Notes: generated from the letters alone by a model not told the origin. A stretch of DNA of 64,000 bases from Bacteriovoracaceae bacterium (GCA_018649885.1 JABIHA010000085.1:100744-164743), one strand, 5' to 3'; positions 38,621-49,808 are shown, counted from the first letter of the stretch. Translations and numbers: made by a program.

Positions 38621-39781
38621 TTAATCTAGGACGTAGTAGAGAGGATCAACCGCCACTCCGTTAACCCTTACTTCATAGTGGAGGTGGGGAGCAGTTGAGT
38701 AGCCAGTATTTCCAACTTGAGCGATGGAATCACCGCGTTGAACAAGTTCTCCATTTTTTACGATCAGTTTTTTTGCGTGGGCGTAGATTGTTTCCAGACC
38801 GTAACCATGATCAAGTTGGATATAGTTGCCCAGTCCCATCCGGTGTCCAGAAAAGGTCACAATTCCATCTGCTGCAGCTATTATAGTCGTTCCCAGCCTT
38901 GCTCCCACATCGAGCCCTTCATGAAATTTACGCCGCCCAGATATGGGGCTTTTTCTTGGGCCATAATAGCTAGTAATCCAGCCATTCGTGGGAAGTATTG
39001 TAGGAGTCGATTTCAAGAAGGATTCTCTATCGAGTAGGTATTGATCGAGGTCATTCATCCTAATTTCAAGGTCAGTTAAAAAACTGTTCATTAAGGAGTA
39101 CTTAAAGTCGAAGCTGGCAAATTGTTGAGATAGCGCAAAGGATCTTTTGAATAAATCAGACCATTTTTTTGTGTAAGCATAACTACTTTGAATTCCCAGA
39201 ATACCTGCCATTTTTTGGTCGTAGAGATTTTTCAGCTGGAGGTACTTTGGATCAGTAGTAAAATTGTCAAAATTCTTTTTGAATTCAATTGGTTCGGGGG
39301 AAATTGAAGATGTGGATCTTCCACTTTCTTTTGAACCTTGTTTTTTTTCTTTTTTATTGGGCGTTTCTTTTTCTGTGCCTTGCTCTATGGACTTGGAGTA
39401 GGGGCTCTCATCTGATAGATCTACGTTTTCAACCCCTGCAATGATTCGAAGTTTTTTCTCTAATGTGTTGATTCTTTGAAGGTCACTGGAAAAGGAGTTC
39501 AGCTTCATTTGAAATTGTTGAACTTGCTCTCGCAACTGCCGGTTTTCCGCCGATAGGTGTTTGTTTTGGTAAACTTGCCCGATCACATTCCAATAGTCAT
39601 AGGCCAAAATGCCTGTGATGAATATGCCAAAAACAAAAATCGTTGTAACAGCTCGGACAATAATTCTAGGAATCCTAAAGGTTTTTACGCTTTTTTCTCG
39701 CTCCGGAATAATCATAATTGTGTAATAGCGATCCAAATCTATATCTCCTTGAGAGGATTCAAACGAGTAATTTTTATACAA
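38621..39781 (-). CDS. M23 family peptidoglycan endopeptidase
   Basis: TM helix, coiled coil, HEGLD, YAH, HLHYEV. Confidence 0.92.
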   Translation of the reverse strand: MYKNYSFESSQGDIDLDRYYTIMIIPEREKSVKTFRIPRIIVRAVTTIFVFGIFITGILAYDYWNVIGQVYQNKHLSAENRQLREQVQQFQMKLNSFSSDLQRINTLEKKLRIIAGVENVDLSDESPYSKSIEQGTEKETPNKKEKKQGSKESGRSTSSISPEPIEFKKNFDNFTTDPKYLQLKNLYDQKMAGILGIQSSYAYTKKWSDLFKRSFALSQQFASFDFKYSLMNSFLTDLEIRMNDLDQYLLDRESFLKSTPTILPTNGWITSYYGPRKSPISGRRKFHEGLDVGARLGTTIIAAADGIVTFSGHRMGLGNYIQLDHGYGLETIYAHAKKLIVKNGELVQRGDSIAQVGNTGYSTAPHLHYEVRVNGVAVDPLYYVLD

Positions 39782-39971
39782 TTAGTCTACTCCGGCCATC
39801 TCCATTTTCCAATTGAGTTAGCGTGAATAGAGACACTTTGATCCCGCCCAGATGTAAGGGCCAATAATTTCTTACAATGAGCGTTATTTTGCTGTTTTTT
39901 TAAGGCCTTGCCCCCTTTAAGTTAAAAATTCGTGTAGGTTGTCCCCAAGCTTGCGATCCGGGAGGGAGAGA

Positions 39972-40529
39972 ATGAGAGCAAAAAATCTATTGCATGGTTT
40001 ACTATTTATTTCTTTTTTAATGAGTAGTTTATCACTAGCATCCGTGGTCGATTTAAAGAAAACTGCAGCAGCCGGAAGTGGTTGCAAAAACGGCAATGTT
40101 TATCTTGAGAAGACTTCTGACGGGGCCCAAATTTATTTCAATGATCTTTTTATTCAGGTCCAGGACAGCCCAAGGTCACTCATTAGGAAAAACTGTAATT
40201 TGGCCATTCCTATTAGCTTGCCAGCTGGAAAGCTATTAGTTGTTGATGATGTTACTTTGATTGGAATTAGCTATCTTGGGCAAAGCGCCAGCTCGAAAAT
40301 TACCACAGAGACCTTTTTTAGTGGGGGAACGGGACAAAAACTTACGGTGGGTAATGCAAAGCCAGGTCTCAAATTTAATTATCTAACTCAGCCAGATACA
40401 CTTATTTCAGGCTGTGGGCAGGATACACTACTGAGAACAAGGGCCACGGCACTTCTTAAGCCAAAACTTGGCTATAATTTACTTTATCTTTCTAAGCTAA
40501 AACTTAATTATCATTTGGAAGACTGTTAA
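39972..40529 (+). CDS. Secreted DUF4360-like protein
   Basis: Signal peptide from ATG 39972 after GGAG; GSGC, RKNCNLAIP, SGCG, terminal Cys. Confidence 0.7.
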   Translation: MRAKNLLHGLLFISFLMSSLSLASVVDLKKTAAAGSGCKNGNVYLEKTSDGAQIYFNDLFIQVQDSPRSLIRKNCNLAIPISLPAGKLLVVDDVTLIGISYLGQSASSKITTETFFSGGTGQKLTVGNAKPGLKFNYLTQPDTLISGCGQDTLLRTRATALLKPKLGYNLLYLSKLKLNYHLEDC

Positions 40530-40551
40530 TTTAGAAAAGACGATAGACTTG

Positions 40552-40586
40552 GTTGCAGAGGCCTTTGTAAAATAGGCCTTTGCAAC
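40552..40586. terminator. Hairpin between convergent genes (probable terminator)
   Basis: GTTGCAGAGGCCT-N9-AGGCCTTTGCAAC. Confidence 0.55.
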
Positions 40587-40587
40587 T

Positions 40588-41331
40588 TTATTTAGCAACC
40601 GTAACAATCACACTGATATTGTCGTTCCCACCATTTTCATTTGCTTGAGTAACTAGCTCTTCTACAGCGGCATCCACGTTTTCTTGCTTAGCAATTGAGG
40701 GGTCAGGGAGGTGCTTCGAAATGATGTGTAGTATATCTGGATCACTGACATATCCGTGTAATCCATCAGAGCAGATCATAAAAATATCATTTTTGTGGAC
40801 TTTGAAGTTAAAAATGTCGCAGTCTACCTCGGGTTCGAAGCCAACTGTCCTTATTAAGACGTTTTTTTGCTTATCTTCAGCAGCTTCCTCTCTTGTATAG
40901 ATTCCAAGATTTAATTTTTCTTGAACAAGTGAGTGATCTTTAGATAGTTGAAACAGTGAGTCTTGGTTTATCAAGTAGGCCCTAGAGTCGCCAATATTGA
41001 AAACGTAGAGGTGGCTTTCATAGTAGTGATAACCGACTAGGGTGGTCCCCATTCCCTTTAATTCTTCTTCATCCTGAGACTTTTGGTAGATTGTTCCATT
41101 AGTTTGTTTGAAGGAATTCCTGATACATTTTGTGATTTCCTCACTTTTGAACTCTTCAAATGCCTGGGGAAATACTTTGACTGCCATTTGGGAGGCAATG
41201 TCACCGCCGTTGTGACCGCCCATTCCGTCTGCGACTATAAAAAGAAGCTCATCAGGTCCAATATAAATTGAATCTTGGTTGGTCTTTCTTTTTCTGCCAA
41301 TATCAGTTTTTCCGCTATAGATAATTCCCAT
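40588..41331 (-). CDS. PP2C-family Ser/Thr phosphatase (Stp1/PrpC-like)
   Basis: NQD, VADGMGGH, GTT, GDSRAY, CSDGL, GGNDNIS. Confidence 0.93.
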   Translation of the reverse strand: MGIIYSGKTDIGRKRKTNQDSIYIGPDELLFIVADGMGGHNGGDIASQMAVKVFPQAFEEFKSEEITKCIRNSFKQTNGTIYQKSQDEEELKGMGTTLVGYHYYESHLYVFNIGDSRAYLINQDSLFQLSKDHSLVQEKLNLGIYTREEAAEDKQKNVLIRTVGFEPEVDCDIFNFKVHKNDIFMICSDGLHGYVSDPDILHIISKHLPDPSIAKQENVDAAVEELVTQANENGGNDNISVIVTVAK

Positions 41332-41535
41332 AAATACATCTTAAGGGTGCAGCGGTTTTATTTCAAAGGGTTTATTTCAGTGGGGTATATAGTTGAGCTA
41401 ACTACTCGGGTCAATGCGGAAAGTTCTTCACCCTAAATCTTCTCTTTATGGTGTGTACGTCTAAGAATATAATGATTAGGATGGGTTACCAGTAAAATGC
41501 TGGGCCTAAGAGTTCACCATTGAAGGAGAGAAAAA

Positions 41536-43599
41536 ATGGCAAAGATAGATGTCTCTGAGTTTATTGAGAGTAATTATAAAAGAAATGATTTTTCTCATCT
41601 TCATTGGACGGGATCATTTCAAGATTATGTAAATATTGTTTCTGAACATCCAAAAGTTGCAAGAAATGCATTTCAAAGAATTCACGATATGATTTTTACT
41701 TTCGGGATAGAGAAATACAGCGAGTACAAAAAAGAAATTACACGCTATCACTTTTTTAGTGATCCCTTTGAAAAGGGAAAGGATGCAATCTTTGGTATAG
41801 ATGTGCATTTAATGAAGCTAGTAAACTTTTTTAAATCCGCAGCTGCTGGATATGGTACAGAAAAAAGAGTTCTTCTTCTTCATGGTCCTGTAGGCTCGGC
41901 GAAATCTTCAATTGCAAGATTAATGAAAAAAGGTCTTGAGCATTATTCTAAAACAGATGACGGAGCGCTCTACACTTTTGAGTGGGTTGATGAGGAAGAA
42001 TCTGAAATCTTAGGCGGGGCCAAATTATTTTCTTCCCCTATGCATGAAGATCCTTTGAAGTTAGTGCCAACAGAAGTACGAGCAGAATTTTTGACAGAGT
42101 TAAATAAAGGGCGTGCTGATGGAGAAAGGAAAATCGATATTAAAGGAGAGTTGAATCCTGCTTGTCGATATATTTTTGAACAATATATGCTTAAGTACGA
42201 TGGTGATTGGAATGTCATGATCAAAAATCATGTGCGTATCAAAAGACTTATACTTTCTGAAAAAGATAGAATTGGTATTGGAACCTTCCAACCTAAAGAT
42301 GAGAAAAACCAAGACTCAACAGAGTTAACCGGTGATATTAATTACAGAAAAATCGCCAAGTATGGTTCTGACTCCGATCCGAGAGCATTTAACTTTGATG
42401 GTGAATTTAATATTGCAAACCGTGGGATTGTAGAATTTATTGAGATGCTCAAATTAGATGTGGCCTTTCTTTACGATCTTTTAGGAGCTTCCCAAGAGCA
42501 GAGTATTAAGCCCAAGAAATTTGCCCAAACTCATATTGATGAAGTGATACTAGGCCACACTAATGAGCCTGAATTTAGGAAACTTCAAAATAATGAATTT
42601 ATGGAAGCCTTGAGGGATAGAACGGTTAAAATCGATGTTCCTTACATCACAAGGCTTGATCAAGAAGTGAAGATTTACCAAAAAGATTTTAATGCAGATA
42701 AAATCCCTCATGTTCATATTGCTCCCCATACGCTTGAGATGGGCTCCCTTTGGGCCATTTTAACAAGAATGGAAGAGCCAAAAAAATCTGACCTGACAAA
42801 ACTTCAAAAACTTAAGCTCTATAATGGCAAAACTCTTCCAGGCTATAGCGAAGACAATGTCAAAGAGCTTAGGAAAGAAGCTGTGAGAGAGGGACTTGAG
42901 GGAATATCTCCAAGATATATTCAAGACAAAATCTCAAACGCCCTAGTTAAAAATGCTCACCACGGATGTTTGAACCCATTTATGGTCTTTAATGAATTGG
43001 AGTCTGGCTTAAAACATCACGCTCTTATTAACAACACCGAAATGTATGATAAATACAAAGAAATGCTTGTAGTTTCACGGCAAGAGTATGAAGACATCGT
43101 CAAAAATGATGTTCAAAAGGCCATCAGTGTTGATGAAAATGCCATTCAAACACTTTGTGCAAATTACATTGATAACGTGAAGGCCTATATTCAAAAAGAA
43201 AAAGTAAGAAATAAATACTCAAATCGATTGGAAGAATCTGATGAGAGATTTATGCGCTCAATTGAAGAAAAAATTGATATCCCAGAAAGTCGAAAAGATG
43301 ATTTTAGACGGGAAATCATGAATTACATTGGAGCTCTTGCCATTGAAGGTAAGCAATTTGATTATAGAAAAAATGAAAGGCTGCACAGAGCACTTGAGCT
43401 TAAACTTTTCGAAGATCAAAAAGATACTATTAAACTCACAACTATTATTTCGAATGTCGTCGATAAGGCCACACAAGAGAAGATAGAAGTGGTCAAAACA
43501 AGACTGATTAAGAATTTTGCCTATTGTGAAATTTGTGCAACAGATGCTCTCAATTATGTTGCTTCAATTTTTGCAAAGGGTGACAGCGCCAAGTCTTAG
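41536..43599 (+). CDS. prkA: PrkA/YeaG AAA+ serine protein kinase family
   Basis: [37 protein letters not shown]. Confidence 0.93.
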   Translation: MAKIDVSEFIESNYKRNDFSHLHWTGSFQDYVNIVSEHPKVARNAFQRIHDMIFTFGIEKYSEYKKEITRYHFFSDPFEKGKDAIFGIDVHLMKLVNFFKSAAAGYGTEKRVLLLHGPVGSAKSSIARLMKKGLEHYSKTDDGALYTFEWVDEEESEILGGAKLFSSPMHEDPLKLVPTEVRAEFLTELNKGRADGERKIDIKGELNPACRYIFEQYMLKYDGDWNVMIKNHVRIKRLILSEKDRIGIGTFQPKDEKNQDSTELTGDINYRKIAKYGSDSDPRAFNFDGEFNIANRGIVEFIEMLKLDVAFLYDLLGASQEQSIKPKKFAQTHIDEVILGHTNEPEFRKLQNNEFMEALRDRTVKIDVPYITRLDQEVKIYQKDFNADKIPHVHIAPHTLEMGSLWAILTRMEEPKKSDLTKLQKLKLYNGKTLPGYSEDNVKELRKEAVREGLEGISPRYIQDKISNALVKNAHHGCLNPFMVFNELESGLKHHALINNTEMYDKYKEMLVVSRQEYEDIVKNDVQKAISVDENAIQTLCANYIDNVKAYIQKEKVRNKYSNRLEESDERFMRSIEEKIDIPESRKDDFRREIMNYIGALAIEGKQFDYRKNERLHRALELKLFEDQKDTIKLTTIISNVVDKATQEKIEVVKTRLIKNFAYCEICATDALNYVASIFAKGDSAKS

Positions 43600-43607
43600 G
43601 GAGGAGT

Positions 43608-44729
43608 ATGGATCATCCTATAAAAAGGGACCATTCACGATTTCGAAAGATTGTTAAAGGTAAGATTCGAGATAATCTTAGGAAATATGTTTCTGAAGGT
43701 GAAATGCAAGCACCTAAAGGCAAAGATGTTTTCAGAATCCCCATGCCACAAATTGAAACACCTAAATTCAAATTCGGTGATAAATCTCAAGGTGGGATGG
43801 GGCAAGGCGATGGTCAGGCCGGAGATCCTGTTGATGGACAAGGTCAAGATGGTGAAGGCCCTGGAGAGGGTAAAGAAGCTGGATCTGATGAAGGTTCAAA
43901 AGAACTTGAAGTAGAGCTGACGCTTGATGAACTGGCCCAGATTTTAGGTGAAGAACTTGAACTTCCCAATATTGAACCCAAAGGCAAAAAATCAATTCAG
44001 TCACAAACAGAGAGATATACCTCAATTGGCACCGTTGGTCCTGATTCACTTAAGCATTTTAAAAGGACTTACAGAGAGGCCTTGAAAAGGCAGGTCGCCA
44101 TTGGGTCGTATGATCCTGATAATCCTATTATCATTCCTATCCGTTCCGATTATAGGTTTAGGTCCGCTGACGTAAAAACAGAATATGAAAATTCTGCAGT
44201 GGTTATCTATATGATGGATGTTTCTGGCTCTATGGGTGATGAACAAAAAGAAATTGTTAGGACCGAGAGTTTTTGGATTAATTTATGGCTTCGAAGCCAG
44301 TATAAATCAATTGAAATGCGATATATTATTCACGATGCTACCGCCAAAGAAGTTGATGAAGAAGTATTCTTTAAAACGAGAGAGAGTGGTGGAACATTAA
44401 TTTCTTCTGCTTATCACTTGTGTAAAGAAATAATAGAGGCAGATTATAACCCTGCTGAATGGAATATTTATCCTTTTCATTTTTCAGATGGAGACAACTG
44501 GTCTAGTGATGACACCAAAGTTTGTCTGGAATTATTAGATAATGTTATTCTTCCTTCTAGTAATGTTTTTTGCTATGGCCAAGTTGAAAGTCGATATGGG
44601 TCAGGTCAGTTTTTTAAAGACCTACACGGTAAATACGGCAAGGAAGCAGATAGTGTTATTCTAAGTAAAATAAAAAATCGTGATGGCATCTTAGATTCTA
44701 TCAAAGACTTTTTGGGGAAAGGAAAATGA
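43608..44729 (+). CDS. yeaH: YeaH/YhbH (DUF444) VWA-like protein
   Basis: [27 protein letters not shown]. Confidence 0.9.
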   Translation: MDHPIKRDHSRFRKIVKGKIRDNLRKYVSEGEMQAPKGKDVFRIPMPQIETPKFKFGDKSQGGMGQGDGQAGDPVDGQGQDGEGPGEGKEAGSDEGSKELEVELTLDELAQILGEELELPNIEPKGKKSIQSQTERYTSIGTVGPDSLKHFKRTYREALKRQVAIGSYDPDNPIIIPIRSDYRFRSADVKTEYENSAVVIYMMDVSGSMGDEQKEIVRTESFWINLWLRSQYKSIEMRYIIHDATAKEVDEEVFFKTRESGGTLISSAYHLCKEIIEADYNPAEWNIYPFHFSDGDNWSSDDTKVCLELLDNVILPSSNVFCYGQVESRYGSGQFFKDLHGKYGKEADSVILSKIKNRDGILDSIKDFLGKGK

Positions 44730-46237
44730 TGCACGATTTGGTAAGCCCTCTGTCTGGAGAGCTTCTAAAATTAAAAGTAGAAATTGAGGCATACGCTAAA
44801 GATTATGGCCTTGATTTTTATCCTGTGGTATTTGAAGTGTGTGATTACGATACAATTAATATACTTGCCTCCCTTGGTGGATTCCCCAGTCGGTACCCCC
44901 ACTGGCGCTTCGGAATGGATTACGATCAGCTCTCCAAGGGCTACGCCTATGGACTTCAAAAAATTTATGAAATGGTTATCAATACCGACCCATGCTATGC
45001 CTACTTATTAAAAGGCAATCACATGGTCGATCAGAAAATGGTTATGGCCCATGTCTTTGGGCATGCTGACTTTTTTAAAAACAATGCTTGGTTTTCAAAT
45101 ACTGATAGAAAAATGATGGATGTAATGGCCAATCATGGAACCAAAATCAGACGTTATATGGGTGTCAATGGACAAGATAAAATCGAAGCTTTTATAGATA
45201 AAGTTCTATCCTTAGAAAATCTGCTAGATATAAATGTTTTATTTGAAACAAGTGAAGTCAAAAAACAAAGAGAAAATACAGAGAAAAGAGCAAAAGAAGA
45301 AGATCTTGTAGATGATGACGGTCGCTCCCAAGCACTTAAGTCCTATATGAGAACTAAGAATAAACACGATAAGTCTAATCAAGCAGAAGCTAAGCCGGGG
45401 GATGCGGATCGCTTTGAGATCAAAAAATATCCGGAAAGACCTGTTCGTGATATTTTACAATTTTTAGCAGAAAATGCTCCTCTTGAAGAATGGGAATCAG
45501 ATATTATTTCAATCTTAAGAGAAGAGGCTTACTATTTTCTCCCTCAAAGACTGACTAAAATTATGAATGAAGGGTGGGCGAGTTACTGGCACTCCACCAT
45601 TATGACCAAGCATGCCCTCAAGGCCTCAGAGATTATTGACTTCGCTGACCACCATGCTGGTGTGATGGCGATGAGTAAGAAAAATATAAATCCTTATAAA
45701 GTAGGAATTGAGCTATTTCGTGATATTGAATATCGCTGGGATACTGGTCGTTTTGGAAAAAATTATATTGATTGTGACAATATGGTTAAAAAATATGAGT
45801 GGAATAAAGACCTAGGTCTTGGGAAAGAGAAAATTTTTGAAGTGCGCGCCACTCATAATGATATTACTTTTCTGGATGAATTTTTTACTCAAGATTTTTG
45901 TGAAAGGCAGCAACTGTTTACTTATAAGTACAATCCAAGAAGTGGTCGCTTTGAAATTGATACCAGAGACTTCTTGGCCATCAAGCAAAAATTTTTATCA
46001 TCACTCACAAATTTTGGGCAACCAGTCATTGATGTTGATGACGCAAACTTTAATAATAGAGGTGAACTGCATATGACTCATCGCCATCAAGGTGTAGATT
46101 TAGATGCTAATTTTGCAGAGCAAACAATGAAAAATATTTTTGCTATCTGGAAGAGGCCGATAAATTTAACAACAAAGTACGATGATAAAGAGTGTACTTT
46201 TTGTTTTAACGGCAAAGAGTTTAAACCTCTTAAATAG
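44726..46237 (+). CDS. spoVR: SpoVR/YcgB family protein
   Basis: [30 protein letters not shown]. Confidence 0.93.
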   Translation: MMHDLVSPLSGELLKLKVEIEAYAKDYGLDFYPVVFEVCDYDTINILASLGGFPSRYPHWRFGMDYDQLSKGYAYGLQKIYEMVINTDPCYAYLLKGNHMVDQKMVMAHVFGHADFFKNNAWFSNTDRKMMDVMANHGTKIRRYMGVNGQDKIEAFIDKVLSLENLLDINVLFETSEVKKQRENTEKRAKEEDLVDDDGRSQALKSYMRTKNKHDKSNQAEAKPGDADRFEIKKYPERPVRDILQFLAENAPLEEWESDIISILREEAYYFLPQRLTKIMNEGWASYWHSTIMTKHALKASEIIDFADHHAGVMAMSKKNINPYKVGIELFRDIEYRWDTGRFGKNYIDCDNMVKKYEWNKDLGLGKEKIFEVRATHNDITFLDEFFTQDFCERQQLFTYKYNPRSGRFEIDTRDFLAIKQKFLSSLTNFGQPVIDVDDANFNNRGELHMTHRHQGVDLDANFAEQTMKNIFAIWKRPINLTTKYDDKECTFCFNGKEFKPLK

Positions 46238-46310
46238 ACGTTATATAGACATTTAAAACCATCATAACATTTCTTAATTTTGCACAATGCGTTTATTTTA
46301 TCACGCTTGG

Positions 46311-46362
46311 GCGGGGCGGCTTGCACCATGCTCTCCGTGTAAAATGCCCCGCATTTTTTTTT
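46311..46362 (+). terminator. Probable terminator of the prkA operon
   Basis: GCGGGGC...GCCCCGC stem with inner TTGCAC/GTGTAA pairing, then T9. Confidence 0.55.
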
Positions 46363-46523
46363 CTTGCAATGCATTTGTCTTGTCGTACCAATTAGCCTTC
46401 GCCAATATGCAACAATAATTTTCACGTGCAAGAAAAAGTGATTTTCAATTACACGTAACAATACATTAATATATTTAAACTTAGATTTGCGATGACAGTC
46501 TATTATTAAGGGAGAGAAGAATT

Positions 46524-47471
46524 ATGAGAAGTTTATTAGTATTAGCTTTATTTTCGCTTTTTGCTACAACGGGTTTTTCTGGCGCTTTAGAAGACGCTAA
46601 AGATGCTTGGGCAAAAAGAGGATACGATGCTGCAGGTGTTGCAAATGCACAACTTGCTGCTGACACTTACAAAACACTTGCTGATAGTGCAGCTGGAGTT
46701 ACAAAAGCTGAGTACCTGTTCTTACAAGGTGAAGCTCTTTATTTTGTTGGTGCTGGTACAGCTGACAATAAAGTAAAAATTCAAAAACACGAAGAAGGTT
46801 TTGCTGCTGCTGGAGCGGCTTTTGCTCTTGCTAAATCTGAAGGTGATAATGATCTTTGGGCAAAGGCAAAATACTTTTGGGGTGCTAACAAAGGTAAGTG
46901 GGGACTAGCTAGTGGACCTGCTAAAGTTATCAAACATAAAAAATATCTAATTGAAGCTATGAATGAACTTATGGCCGCTGGATATGAGTCAGTATTTGAT
47001 TACGGCCCACACAGAATTTTAGGAAAACTATACGGAACTCTTCCAGGCCTTCTTGGTGGAGACAAAAAACTTGCGGTTTATCACTTATCTTACGCTCTTG
47101 AGAATACAAGAAATGATCTTGACGAGCCAGTTCACGGAATTAACGTAAACTACGTTGGTGAGATTTTTCCAAGTGCTAAATCTTCAAAATACCAAGGTGG
47201 ACTTGAGTTAGCTGTTGAAAGAGCTACTGCTGCTCTTGAAGTTGCTGAAGATGCCGGTGATGACGCTGAAGTTGAAAGACTTGAAGGTGTTGTTGAAAGA
47301 TTAGAAACAATGCAAGAAAAATCTTCTAAAGAAGTAGCGAAAGAAGTTCTTACTGAATTTGTAGCAGCTGTTGAAGATGCAACCAGAGATGGTCGTGAAC
47401 TTAACTCTAGCAGAAAAGCAGAGACTGCTTCTGAAGTACTTACTTCGAAGTCACTTCTTGCTAAGTTATAA
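46524..47471 (+). CDS. Secreted helical TPR/TatT-like protein
   Basis: Signal peptide; YGPHRILGKLYGTLPGLLGGDKKLA resembles the TRAP T-component motif; strong codon bias. Confidence 0.6.
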   Translation: MRSLLVLALFSLFATTGFSGALEDAKDAWAKRGYDAAGVANAQLAADTYKTLADSAAGVTKAEYLFLQGEALYFVGAGTADNKVKIQKHEEGFAAAGAAFALAKSEGDNDLWAKAKYFWGANKGKWGLASGPAKVIKHKKYLIEAMNELMAAGYESVFDYGPHRILGKLYGTLPGLLGGDKKLAVYHLSYALENTRNDLDEPVHGINVNYVGEIFPSAKSSKYQGGLELAVERATAALEVAEDAGDDAEVERLEGVVERLETMQEKSSKEVAKEVLTEFVAAVEDATRDGRELNSSRKAETASEVLTSKSLLAKL

Positions 47472-47494
47472 GAAAAAAATTAGATGACTAAAAT

Positions 47495-47525
47495 AGGCGC
47501 TCCATTTTTGGGGCGCTTTTTTTTT
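47495..47525 (+). terminator. Rho-independent terminator
   Basis: AGGCGCTCCA-tttt-TGGGGCGCTT followed by a T-run. Confidence 0.85.
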
Positions 47526-47571
47526 GTAAAAATGTTAAATTCAAACTGAGATCAGTATATTTCAAAAGGAA

Positions 47572-48309
47572 TTGAAAATGGTAGGCAAACATATTGTGCC
47601 CTCTCTTGAGCCAGGATGTCCGTGGTATGAGCTATCTAAAATTGCTCCCCCAAATATTAAATGGTGTGAGGCTTCGCAATGTGGTTGGGTGACAGAACCA
47701 GCTAATACTTGGTCAAATATATTCTATATTGTTGTCGCAGTTCTGATGTTTATTCACTGGAACAAAGAAAAAGTCAGTGGACCTATGAAGTGGTTTCCTT
47801 TTTCGATGGTTTTTGTAGGAGTTACTTCTGGTATTTATCATGCTTCCTATACATTTTTCTTTCAGATATTCGACTTTGCTGGAATGAACTTGTTTCTCAG
47901 CTTATTTTTTGGCCTCAATCTTATAAGAATTGGAAAAGTGGGGGTTGAAAAGTTTTATATCTTCTCAACCATTGTCCCCATCTTCTTGACCCTTGTTGTA
48001 GGGATTTTTTACATGATAGATTTTCCAATCCAGCTTATCGTTGTGGTGCTTGTCATAAGCCTAATCACCACTGAGGGGGCGATCTTTTTCAGCAAGAAGA
48101 GTGCTGAGACCAATTACAAATACTTCTTTTTAGGGATTATTGTCATTGCTGTCGCTGCTACATTTAGTGGACTTGATATTACTAGAACATTTTGTGATCC
48201 GGGTAACCATATCATTCAAGGGCATGCTATTTGGCACTTTTTCACTTCTATAGGCCTTTACCTGATCTGGAAATTTTATCTTCAATTTGGAATTAAAAAG
48301 GAGGGCTAG
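47572..48309 (+). CDS. CREST-superfamily (alkaline ceramidase-like) membrane protein
   Basis: WCE...EPANTWSN, SGIYH, FDFAGM, HAIWH; about 7 TM; likely start ATG 47578. Confidence 0.8.
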   Translation: MKMVGKHIVPSLEPGCPWYELSKIAPPNIKWCEASQCGWVTEPANTWSNIFYIVVAVLMFIHWNKEKVSGPMKWFPFSMVFVGVTSGIYHASYTFFFQIFDFAGMNLFLSLFFGLNLIRIGKVGVEKFYIFSTIVPIFLTLVVGIFYMIDFPIQLIVVVLVISLITTEGAIFFSKKSAETNYKYFFLGIIVIAVAATFSGLDITRTFCDPGNHIIQGHAIWHFFTSIGLYLIWKFYLQFGIKKEG

Positions 48310-48321
48310 AAAACCCTCCTT
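48298..48321. terminator. Hairpin between convergent genes
   Basis: AAGGAGGG-N8-CCCTCCTT with an upstream A-run (U-tract on the minus strand). Confidence 0.55.
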
Positions 48322-48353
48322 GTATGATAGAAATGGCAATTTGAAGAAGAACT

Positions 48354-49808
48354 TTAAAGCTTCAATCTGGAGAAATTACCTCCCAGAATATCTTTGATAT
48401 TATTTGCATCAAAAATAGTCTCGGGATTTACCCCTTCTTCAAAGTTACCAGTGTTAAAGAATGGATTACTTGCCGCTTCAATTGTAGGCAACATAACTCC
48501 ATTTGGGATATCTAAACCACTGGTACCAGTCATTCCACTGACAACATAATGTTTGGCATAAAGTATTCCATCTTCTAAGTTTCTGTACTTGGCAAAATGG
48601 GCCGCAAAGACTGCTCTTTTTGTGTTGATAAGACCACCCGATTTAACTTTCTCAGCAAGCCAAGACTTTTTATCAACGGTCTCCATTATAATTTTCTTAA
48701 TCTCTGCAGGGCCTAAGGCCTTATTAACTTCTTTGATTCTCAGTGCTAAGTTTGAAACAAGGGGAGCAGCTTGGCTGGTACCACTCATTTTAACACCATT
48801 ATAGCCTGGAACTGTGGACGCAATATTAACCCCAGGTGCTGCCACATCCACAAACTTTTTTCCGAAGTTGCTGAAATCAGCTAACTTGGTATCCCCATAG
48901 GTTGCTGCGACACTGATAACATTAGCTTGCTGGATATTGGCCGGAGCAACTGGAAAGACATCATTATTTTGGCCATCATTTCCGGCAGCAAAAACAAAGA
49001 GAGTATCCGGGGAGCTCTCAACCATTTTCTTGTGTTCATCGAGCATGGTGTACATGAATTTAAAGCTGTACTCTACAAGTTCTTCTTGGCTTGGATATCT
49101 ACCGAGCATATTAACAAAGCTTGCTTGAACAAGCTTAGAGGCCTGAAAAATGGATAGGCCAAATGATCCATTGGCCACCTCAACTTTTTTTGAATTGAGA
49201 TACTTTCCCACCTCGATCATCGATTTGCTCTGAGACAAAATATTGGAAACAAGAACAGAAGATATAGTGATATCATCACTTTCATTAAGCGCCATGGTTA
49301 GAGAGCTACTTAGTGTTTGTGAAAAAGAACTCTTTAAGAGTTTTATCCCCATAACCTTTGATTTTTTATTATCTTTTAGTGCAATTCCTGCAACGTGGGT
49401 TCCATGGGCAAATTGACCATAGTTATTAACGAGTCCCATAAGCCTATAGCTTGCACGGGCCTGAGAAAGAAAAGATGAATCAGATCTTGTTAAAAGACCG
49501 TCTACCTCCTTGGCCCTTAAATCCATATATTTATGAACGGTTTCTTCACCAAATTGACCAATTAATTCTCGTCGTAATAGTGAGCTTGAATTTTCTGCAA
49601 AATTCCATCCGTTGAGATCGTCTACCAATCCATTTCCATCATCATCTTTTGAGTTACTTGACTCACTACCATTACTCCACAGCTTGCTCACAAGTTGAGT
49701 ATGTTTAACATCAAGTCCCGAATCGATGACAGCGATTGTAGCACTGCGCGCGCTAACGGTTGAAAAAACGGTTAATAAAATGACTCCCTTCAATTTGTGC
49801 ATCGACAT
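48354..49808 (-). CDS. Secreted S8 subtilisin-like serine protease
   Basis: IDSG, HGTHVAG, AAGN, GTSQA; ATG 49808 after GGAGG (track start 49826). Confidence 0.93.
   Translation of the reverse strand: MSMHKLKGVILLTVFSTVSARSATIAVIDSGLDVKHTQLVSKLWSNGSESSNSKDDDGNGLVDDLNGWNFAENSSSLLRRELIGQFGEETVHKYMDLRAKEVDGLLTRSDSSFLSQARASYRLMGLVNNYGQFAHGTHVAGIALKDNKKSKVMGIKLLKSSFSQTLSSSLTMALNESDDITISSVLVSNILSQSKSMIEVGKYLNSKKVEVANGSFGLSIFQASKLVQASFVNMLGRYPSQEELVEYSFKFMYTMLDEHKKMVESSPDTLFVFAAGNDGQNNDVFPVAPANIQQANVISVAATYGDTKLADFSNFGKKFVDVAAPGVNIASTVPGYNGVKMSGTSQAAPLVSNLALRIKEVNKALGPAEIKKIIMETVDKKSWLAEKVKSGGLINTKRAVFAAHFAKYRNLEDGILYAKHYVVSGMTGTSGLDIPNGVMLPTIEAASNPFFNTGNFEEGVNPETIFDANNIKDILGGNFSRLKL

Noticed and set aside
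39853..39876. TGTAAG-N12-CTTACA resembling a GacA box
   Set aside because: Spacing differs from the N6 GacA box; 6-bp arms arise easily by chance
46308..46325. Possible sigma54 promoter
   Set aside because: GG-N10-GC spacing is not met
46087..46461. 124-aa minus-strand ORF
   Set aside because: Overlaps spoVR and the terminator; composition is not protein-like
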